DNA of 64,000 bases, taken from the NCBI RefSeq assembly GCF_003790525.1, contig NZ_CP033635.1. One strand, given 5' to 3'. Every line of letters begins with the position of its first letter. Positions within the stretch are counted from its first letter, which is position 1. Origin of the DNA: Escherichia coli. Its GTDB lineage: Bacteria > Pseudomonadota > Gammaproteobacteria > Enterobacterales > Enterobacteriaceae. Of this stretch, positions 54,316-64,000 are shown in pieces. The notes below the pieces were generated by a model. That model did no database searches. It worked only from the letters and a program-made list of their open reading frames with translations, and was not told the DNA's origin. The position numbers were made by a program, and so were the translations under genes.

Positions 54316-55566
54316 TTATTTTCTTCTGGCTACTGGTAGCGTGGTTACGTTTTCATGTGCTCCCGCCAGTATCTCCAACCGCTCCACCCACATATCCAGC
54401 GCATTGCGTTTCGCATCCAGATAACGGGAATGATTATAAACTCGCTGCATTCCTGGCATCTGGTGGCCTGTAAGCTGCTCCACGACGTGAGGATCCACGC
54501 CTAAATCGTTCAGCATCGTTGTAAAGGTGCGCCGGATGTCATGCAGTGACCATTGAGGGTGTTTTAGCCTCCTGTGCGCTAATCTGCCGTACTGCGATAC
54601 GCTGGCCTCCTGTTTCACTTCCCCCAGTAATAAGCCCGTGTGCCTGTTCTGCTCCACCAGCCGCGTGACGAACGGCAGGATCGCTTCCGGTATGGGCCGG
54701 AATATTGCGACCTTCGTTTTGCTGTGCTCCTTCGGAACGGTCCAGAGCATTTCCGTGAAATCCCACTCCCCGATCTCCGATAACCTCAGTTCTACCGTCC
54801 TGGCTCCGAAGACAATCAGGAGGCGGATTAGTGCGACGTAGTAAGGGGAAAATATTTTTTTGTCCAGTGCCTGCAATAATTCGCCCAGTTCTTTGGTGCT
54901 TAAGACACGTTCGCTTATATCCGGTTTTTTCCCAACGTCCGCCACGTTCAGATCGTCCAGAACGTTGCTGATTGCATAGCGCCGCCTCCGGCAAAACTTA
55001 AGCGCCTGTTTGCACGCCTGTAGCACGAATCCGGCAGTAACAGGCGTTCGCTTTGCCACCCGATCAAAACAGGCCAGCCAGTGCCGTAGCTCGCATTTAT
55101 CCAGCGGCATAGCACCAATGTGCTGTATTACGTGATTATTAAGTCGCCTTTTCAGGGCGATATAATCCACGCGGTTTTCCTTTACGTAAGACTCAAGCCA
55201 GTAGGTGAGCGCATCTCCAACCGTTACAGGCTTTAACGCTTCCTGCATGGTGTAATTCATCTCATGACGTGGATTTTTCCCCTCAGCCAGCCATGCGCGA
55301 CACTGGGCGGCTTTTTCCCTGGCTGATTTCAGGCTCAGATCAGGATAATTTCCCAGCTTAATACGTTCCGGTCGTGTCTCTCTTCCCGTTCCGGCCCTGT
55401 AAGTGAAATACCAGGTTAAAAGGCCGCTGGTTGAATGCCTGACGCTCAGATTTCCACCGTCATTAAGAAAGGCTGTTTTTTGGGCGGGTGTGCCGTTGAT
55501 TTTCCTTAGCTGTGTATCGCTCAGCTTGTTAAGTGCTCTGGTCATAATTTTGAATCCGGTCATCAC
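54316..55566 (-). CDS. int: tyrosine site-specific integrase (P4-type)
   Basis: 416 aa; C-terminal catalytic region with ...HDIRRTF... and ...LTGHQMPGMQRVYNH... (R..H..R..Y). Confidence 0.88.
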   Translation of the reverse strand: MMTGFKIMTRALNKLSDTQLRKINGTPAQKTAFLNDGGNLSVRHSTSGLLTWYFTYRAGTGRETRPERIKLGNYPDLSLKSAREKAAQCRAWLAEGKNPRHEMNYTMQEALKPVTVGDALTYWLESYVKENRVDYIALKRRLNNHVIQHIGAMPLDKCELRHWLACFDRVAKRTPVTAGFVLQACKQALKFCRRRRYAISNVLDDLNVADVGKKPDISERVLSTKELGELLQALDKKIFSPYYVALIRLLIVFGARTVELRLSEIGEWDFTEMLWTVPKEHSKTKVAIFRPIPEAILPFVTRLVEQNRHTGLLLGEVKQEASVSQYGRLAHRRLKHPQWSLHDIRRTFTTMLNDLGVDPHVVEQLTGHQMPGMQRVYNHSRYLDAKRNALDMWVERLEILAGAHENVTTLPVARRK

Positions 55567-55592
55567 AATTAACTACACCATTAACTACACCG
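55567..55592 (+). repeat. right copy of the 26-bp direct repeat AATTAACTACACCATTAACTACACCG
   Basis: exact copy of 44366-44391, directly upstream of the int start codon. Confidence 0.6.
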
Positions 55593-55719
55593 ATCGTTGC
55601 ACAAAGGGCTACAACGTGAAACAAGCTGGAACAAGAAAAATCACAAATTTGTTTATAATCAAAAACATAATGCACAACCTGAAACATTATGAAACGGCAA
55701 AAAACACTAATTGATAAAG

Positions 55720-56626
55720 TGCTGTTATTCTTAACCCGCTGGTGCAACACATGGTCCGCTGGCGAGTGCCGCGTGTACTGGCGGTGTCGATTTTGATGAC
55801 CATCATCGTGATGGCGATGGTGTTGCTGTTAGCTTATCTGGGTTCCGCGCTCAACGAGTTGACGCGGACGTTACCGCAATATCGCAACTCTATTATGACG
55901 CCGCTGCAAGCGATTGAACCGTTGTTGCAACGCGTAGGGATTGATGTCTCAGTTGACCAACTGGCGCATTACATTGATCCGAACGCGGCAATGACGTTGC
56001 TCACCAACTTATTGACGCAGTTATCTAATGCCATGTCATCAATCTTTTTATTGCTGCTGACGGTGCTGTTTATGTTGCTCGAAGTGCCACAATTGCCCGG
56101 AAAATTTCAGCAAATGATGGTGCGTCCGGTTGAAGGGATGGCGGCGATTCAGCGTGCGATTGACAGTGTGTCTCATTATCTGGTGCTGAAAACAGCCATC
56201 AGCATCATCACCGGCCTGGTCGCCTGGGCGATGCTCGCCGCACTCGATGTTCGCTTCGCTTTTGTCTGGGGATTGCTGGCCTTTGCGCTTAATTACATCC
56301 CTAATATTGGTTCAGTTCTCGCGGCAATCCCCCCTATCGCTCAGGTACTGGTGTTTAATGGCTTCTACGAAGCGTTGCTGGTGCTGGCGGGATATCTGCT
56401 AATTAATCTGGTCTTCGGCAATATTCTGGAGCCGCGCATCATGGGACGTGGGCTGGGGCTTTCCACATTGGTGGTATTTTTGTCGTTGATTTTTTGGGGA
56501 TGGTTGTTAGGACCGGTGGGTATGCTGCTTTCCGTGCCGTTAACAATTATTGTCAAAATTGCGCTTGAACAAACAACGGGAGGTCAAAGCATCGCCGTTC
56601 TGTTAAGCGATCTCAACAAAGAGTGA
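55720..56626 (+). pseudogene. tqsA: tqsA 3' fragment (about 300 codons) downstream of the inserted element
   Basis: in-frame continuation ...[26 protein letters not shown]... after a stop codon at 55715. Confidence 0.85.
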
Positions 56627-56650
56627 CGGCCTCCGCAGAGGCCGTCAGGG

Positions 56651-58042
<1,392 letters not shown>

Positions 58043-58049
58043 TTACCCC

Positions 58050-59645
<1,596 letters not shown>

Positions 59646-60106
59646 TCATGTACGAGCTAAATGTTACTCCGTTAAAATAAATTAGTAACAAACGCCCTAT
59701 AACGTACTGAAAATTATGCCTGTGATCTAGCGCCAAAAATCAGTATTTCGGCGTGAACTCGCAAAATATTAACGATTCAGCCGTGATAGTGGGATAAACA
59801 CCTTAGAACGCTGGATAAAGACTGATAATTGTCTTCGACGGTCGGGTAAAACGAGACATCGCCCCGGTACGAATCACTACTTAACATTAAATTAACTTAT
59901 ACAATTCAGTTGATTCAGTAGTATTGATGCTGATACGGCTGTTTTTTTAAGCATAGACGGTCATTTGAGCAGGATTAAAATTGGCTTAAGGAATGTGATA
60001 TGAAAAATGACGCAGACAGTTACACCGTTTAAATGCAATAATCAGCCACGTTTCTCGTTAATAACAATACCAGTACTTGGTTTGCGCAAGGCGAAGGATT
60101 ATTTTT

Positions 60107-61051
60107 ATGAAGCTTAAGAACACCCTCCTGGCGTCGGCACTGCTTTCTGCTACGGCATTCTCCGTTAACGCAGCAACAGAACTGACACCGGAGCAAGCGG
60201 CAGCGGTTAAACCTTTTGACCGTGTAGTGGTTACCGGTCGTTTTAATGCTATTGGCGAAGCGGTGAAAGCCGTTTCTCGTCGCGCAGATAAAGAAGGTGC
60301 CGCCTCTTTTTATGTTGTCGACACTTCTGATTTTGGTAACAGCGGTAACTGGCGTGTGGTCGCTGACCTCTATAAAGCCGATGCTGAAAAAGCAGAAGAA
60401 ACAAGTAATCGCGTAATTAACGGTGTTGTCGAACTGCCGAAAGATCAGGCTGTTCTGATTGAACCGTTTGACACGGTCACCGTCCAGGGCTTCTATCGTA
60501 GCCAGCCAGAAGTCAATGATGCCATCACCAAAGCAGCAAAAGCGAAAGGTGCCTACTCTTTCTACATCGTTCGTCAAATCGATGCCAACCAGGGCGGCAA
60601 CCAGCGTATTACTGCATTCATCTATAAAAAAGATGCTAAGAAACGTATCGTCCAGAGCCCGGATGTGATCCCGGCAGATTCCGAAGCAGGACGTGCAGCT
60701 CTGGCTGCCGGTGGCGAAGCTGCGAAGAAAGTTGAGATCCCGGGGGTTGCGACTACCGCATCACCAAGTTCTGAAGTCGGTCGCTTCTTTGAAACCCAGT
60801 CATCAAAAGGCGGGCGTTACACCGTCACGCTCCCGGATGGCACTAAAGTCGAAGAACTGAACAAAGCGACCGCAGCGATGATGGTCCCGTTCGACAGCAT
60901 CAAATTCTCTGGCAACTACGGCAACATGACCGAAGTCTCCTATCAGGTTGCGAAACGTGCCGCGAAGAAAGGTGCTAAGTATTACCACATCACCCGCCAG
61001 TGGCAGGAACGTGGTAATAACCTGACCGTCAGCGCAGATCTGTATAAATAA
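60107..61051 (+). CDS. ydgH: periplasmic DUF1471-repeat protein YdgH
   Basis: 314 aa from MKLKNTLLASALL with signal peptide and three repeated domains. Confidence 0.85.
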   Translation: MKLKNTLLASALLSATAFSVNAATELTPEQAAAVKPFDRVVVTGRFNAIGEAVKAVSRRADKEGAASFYVVDTSDFGNSGNWRVVADLYKADAEKAEETSNRVINGVVELPKDQAVLIEPFDTVTVQGFYRSQPEVNDAITKAAKAKGAYSFYIVRQIDANQGGNQRITAFIYKKDAKKRIVQSPDVIPADSEAGRAALAAGGEAAKKVEIPGVATTASPSSEVGRFFETQSSKGGRYTVTLPDGTKVEELNKATAAMMVPFDSIKFSGNYGNMTEVSYQVAKRAAKKGAKYYHITRQWQERGNNLTVSADLYK

Positions 61052-61236
61052 CTATTCAGTTACTCCTATAAGGCGGCTTGATGCCGCCTTTCGCATTTTT
61101 AGTCACAAATTTCCCCGCGACCATTGCATGCAGACACATCTCTTCGTAAAATCCCGCGCTTCAGTGGCAAACTCCATTTTTATGCGTTTTGCCCTAATAT
61201 TTATTCTTCTTATCACGTTTTAATCACTGGATATCG

Positions 61237-62619
61237 ATGGAAAAGAAACTGGGACTGAGCGCACTCACCGCGCTGGTATTAAGCTCAATGCTGGGCGCGG
61301 GTGTTTTCAGTCTGCCGCAAAATATGGCGGCAGTTGCCAGCCCGGCAGCACTGCTCATCGGCTGGGGTATTACTGGCGCTGGCATTTTATTGCTGGCCTT
61401 TGCCATGCTGATCCTCACGCGCATTCGTCCCGAACTTGACGGCGGTATCTTTACCTATGCCCGCGAAGGGTTTGGCGAGCTAATCGGCTTTTGTTCCGCA
61501 TGGGGATACTGGCTGTGCGCAGTCATCGCCAACGTCTCCTATCTGGTGATCGTTTTTTCCGCGTTAAGCTTTTTTACGGACACGCCGGAATTGCGCCTGT
61601 TTGGCGATGGTAATACCTGGCAATCGATAGTCGGTGCATCGGCTTTATTGTGGATTGTTCACTTTTTGATCCTGCGCGGGGTGCAAACCGCTGCCAGCAT
61701 TAACCTGGTGGCAACACTGGCAAAACTGTTGCCGCTGGGTCTGTTTGTTGTGCTGGCGATGATGATGTTCAAACTGGATACCTTCAAGCTCGACTTCACC
61801 GGACTTGCACTTGGCGTACCCGTTTGGGAACAGGTGAAAAACACCATGCTGATCACCCTGTGGGTTTTCATTGGTGTGGAAGGTGCCGTGGTTGTTTCTG
61901 CGCGTGCGCGTAATAAACGTGATGTTGGCAAAGCGACACTGCTGGCGGTTCTCTCCGCTCTGGGCGTTTACTTGCTGGTAACGCTGCTTTCGCTGGGTGT
62001 GGTGGCACGTCCTGAACTGGCTGAAATTCGTAACCCGTCAATGGCCGGTCTGATGGTGGAAATGATGGGACCATGGGGCGAAATCATCATCGCAGCCGGT
62101 TTGATCGTTTCCGTTTGCGGCGCGTACTTAAGCTGGACCATCATGGCGGCAGAAGTTCCGTTCCTGGCCGCCACTCATAAAGCATTCCCGCGCATTTTTG
62201 CGCGCCAGAACGCACAAGCTGCGCCATCCGCCTCACTGTGGTTGACCAACATCTGCGTGCAAATTTGTCTGGTGCTCATCTGGCTGACCGGTTCCGATTA
62301 CAACACATTGCTGACCATCGCCTCAGAAATGATTCTGGTGCCCTATTTCCTGGTCGGCGCGTTCTTGCTAAAAATCGCAACCCGTCCACTGCATAAAGCG
62401 GTAGGTGTCGGTGCCTGCATTTATGGCTTATGGTTATTGTACGCCTCTGGTCCAATGCACTTGCTGTTATCCGTTGTTCTGTATGCACCGGGGCTGCTGG
62501 TTTTCCTGTACGCGCGTAAAACGCATACCCATGATAATGTACTGAATCGTCAGGAAATGGTGCTGATTGGCATGCTGTTAATTGCCTCAGTTCCGGCGAC
62601 CTGGATGCTGGTGGGATAA
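61237..62619 (+). CDS. ydgI: APC-family arginine:ornithine antiporter-like transporter
   Basis: 460 aa 12-13 TM APC-family protein. Confidence 0.85.
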   Translation: MEKKLGLSALTALVLSSMLGAGVFSLPQNMAAVASPAALLIGWGITGAGILLLAFAMLILTRIRPELDGGIFTYAREGFGELIGFCSAWGYWLCAVIANVSYLVIVFSALSFFTDTPELRLFGDGNTWQSIVGASALLWIVHFLILRGVQTAASINLVATLAKLLPLGLFVVLAMMMFKLDTFKLDFTGLALGVPVWEQVKNTMLITLWVFIGVEGAVVVSARARNKRDVGKATLLAVLSALGVYLLVTLLSLGVVARPELAEIRNPSMAGLMVEMMGPWGEIIIAAGLIVSVCGAYLSWTIMAAEVPFLAATHKAFPRIFARQNAQAAPSASLWLTNICVQICLVLIWLTGSDYNTLLTIASEMILVPYFLVGAFLLKIATRPLHKAVGVGACIYGLWLLYASGPMHLLLSVVLYAPGLLVFLYARKTHTHDNVLNRQEMVLIGMLLIASVPATWMLVG

Positions 62620-62655
62620 CGTTCATCCCATCGTTGGATAGCAAAGGAGATAACG

Positions 62656-63378
62656 ATGGGTAAAGCCCAACCCTTGCCAATATTAATTACTGGCGGTGGT
62701 CGTCGCATCGGCCTCGCCCTCGCATGGCATTTCATTAATCAAAAGCAACCGGTGATTATCAGCTATCGGACGCACTATCCCGCCATTGATGGACTTATTA
62801 ACGCAGGTGCGCAGTGTATTCAGGCTGATTTTTCGACCAACGACGGTGTGATGGCGTTTGCCGATGAAGTACTAAAAAGCACCCATGGCCTGCGTGCTAT
62901 TTTGCATAACGCCAGCGCGTGGATGGCAGAAAAACCAGGTACATCACTGACCGACGTACTGGCTTGCATGATGCAGATCCACGTTAATACCCCATACCTA
63001 CTCAACCATGCACTGGAAAGATTACTGCGTGGGCACGGACACGCCGCCAGCGATATCATTCACTTTACCGATTATGTGGTGGAGCGCGGTAGCGACAAAC
63101 ATATTGCCTATGCTGCAAGCAAAGCGGCACTGGATAATATGACCCGCTCGTTTGCCCGCAAGCTGGCACCGGAAGTGAAAGTGAATTCTATTGCGCCATC
63201 GCTAATCCTGTTTAATGAACATGATGATGCCGAATATCGACAACAGGCGCTGAATAAATCACTGATGAAAACCGCGCCTGGCGAGAAAGAAGTGATCGAC
63301 CTGGTCGATTACTTACTTACCAGCTGCTTTGTCACCGGACGCAGTTTCCCTCTTGATGGCGGTCGTCATCTGCGTTAA
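62656..63378 (+). CDS. folM: dihydromonapterin reductase (SDR)
   Basis: 240 aa, ITGGGRRIG cofactor motif. Confidence 0.88.
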   Translation: MGKAQPLPILITGGGRRIGLALAWHFINQKQPVIISYRTHYPAIDGLINAGAQCIQADFSTNDGVMAFADEVLKSTHGLRAILHNASAWMAEKPGTSLTDVLACMMQIHVNTPYLLNHALERLLRGHGHAASDIIHFTDYVVERGSDKHIAYAASKAALDNMTRSFARKLAPEVKVNSIAPSLILFNEHDDAEYRQQALNKSLMKTAPGEKEVIDLVDYLLTSCFVTGRSFPLDGGRHLR

Positions 63379-63710
63379 TGCAGCTTTATCCAGCATATAA
63401 TCAACACCCATGCGCTTATCCCCCAACACGCAACAGAACCAACAAAAGCGGCGGGCAAGCGCATCATTCCGGTGAAATACCACAGCGACGCCAGGTAAAC
63501 AAAATAGGGAATAATCGACCACATACTAAAAATGATGGTTGCGCGTAAGGCTTCAATGCCGCGTTCGCTGGCAACAATATAATGCGCGATAAGCGCAAAG
63601 GTCGGGAAAAGTGGAATCAGCCCGGCGATATAATAATTTTTCGTTTTTGCTAAAACACCAATCAACAGCACTACCAGCGCACCGAGCGCGGCTTTGATTA
63701 CCAGCCCCAT
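63375..63710 (-). CDS. ydgC: GlpM-family inner membrane protein YdgC
   Basis: 111 aa 3-4 TM protein. Confidence 0.8.
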   Translation of the reverse strand: MGLVIKAALGALVVLLIGVLAKTKNYYIAGLIPLFPTFALIAHYIVASERGIEALRATIIFSMWSIIPYFVYLASLWYFTGMMRLPAAFVGSVACWGISAWVLIICWIKLH

Positions 63711-63838
63711 CTTTTTACCTTAACACTTCCATAACAAGTCATCAGTAGAATACCTGATGAAACCTTGTTTAGAAACGATTGATAGTAAGTAAAAACAGTG
63801 CGGTGTATTGTGACGTTTTTATATCTACCGTGAATGTT

Positions 63839-64000
63839 ATGAACACTATCGTATTTGTGGAAGATGATGCGGAAGTCGGTGCACTGATTGCCGCATACCT
63901 GGCAAAACATGATATGCAGGTTACCGTAGAGCCGCGCGGCGACCGGGCCGAAGAAACTATTCTGCGAGAAAATCCGGATTTGGTGTTACTCGACATCATG
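63839..64000 (+). CDS. rstA: response regulator RstA, N-terminal receiver domain (3' end outside window)
   Basis: MNTIVFVEDDAEVGALIAAYLAKHDMQV...LLDIM, open to window end. Confidence 0.8.
   Translation, partial: MNTIVFVEDDAEVGALIAAYLAKHDMQVTVEPRGDRAEETILRENPDLVLLDIM

Larger units (their letters stand above)
44295..55719. mobile_element. ~11.4 kb integrative satellite-like element (P4-like/PICI-like) inserted in tqsA: int, alpA, RHH regulator, primase-helicase, iteron ori, SSB, gpE-like capsid, gpD-like decoration, Nu1-like terS-type gene, two cos-like sites
   Basis: tqsA reading frame interrupted at 44294 and resumed at 55720; 9-bp direct repeat TGCTGTTAT at both junctions; integrase adjacent to the right end; phage-type gene content. 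Confidence 0.85.

Overview
Enterobacterial (E. coli-type) chromosome, collinear with the K-12 yneJ-marRAB-eamA-dgcZ-dcp-rspAB-ynfEFGH-mlc-asr-mdtJI-tqsA-pntAB-rstA region; all calls are from reading the protein translations and DNA motifs, with no database search. Most of the window is ordinary core genome. Two accessory insertions stand out. (1) A ~6.2 kb PTS beta-glucoside/cellobiose-type utilisation cluster (GntR regulator, IIB, IIC, IIA, LamB-family porin, GH1 6-phospho-beta-glucosidase) sits between marB and eamA. (2) An ~11.4 kb integrase/AlpA/primase-helicase satellite-like element (P4-like/PICI-like) is inserted inside tqsA. This element carries lambda-type major capsid (gpE-like) and decoration (gpD-like) genes, a Nu1-like small-terminase-type gene bracketed by two inverted lambda-like cos sites, an iteron-type origin, an SSB and an RHH regulator, but no portal, protease, large terminase or tail genes. 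It is the main candidate for a previously undescribed system: a minimal capsid-encoding, cos-packaged satellite. Also noted: apparent frameshifts in yneK and ynfF, a ydeJ remnant, no Qin-type prophage between ydfJ and rspB, and a probable mgrR sRNA with a PhoP box.
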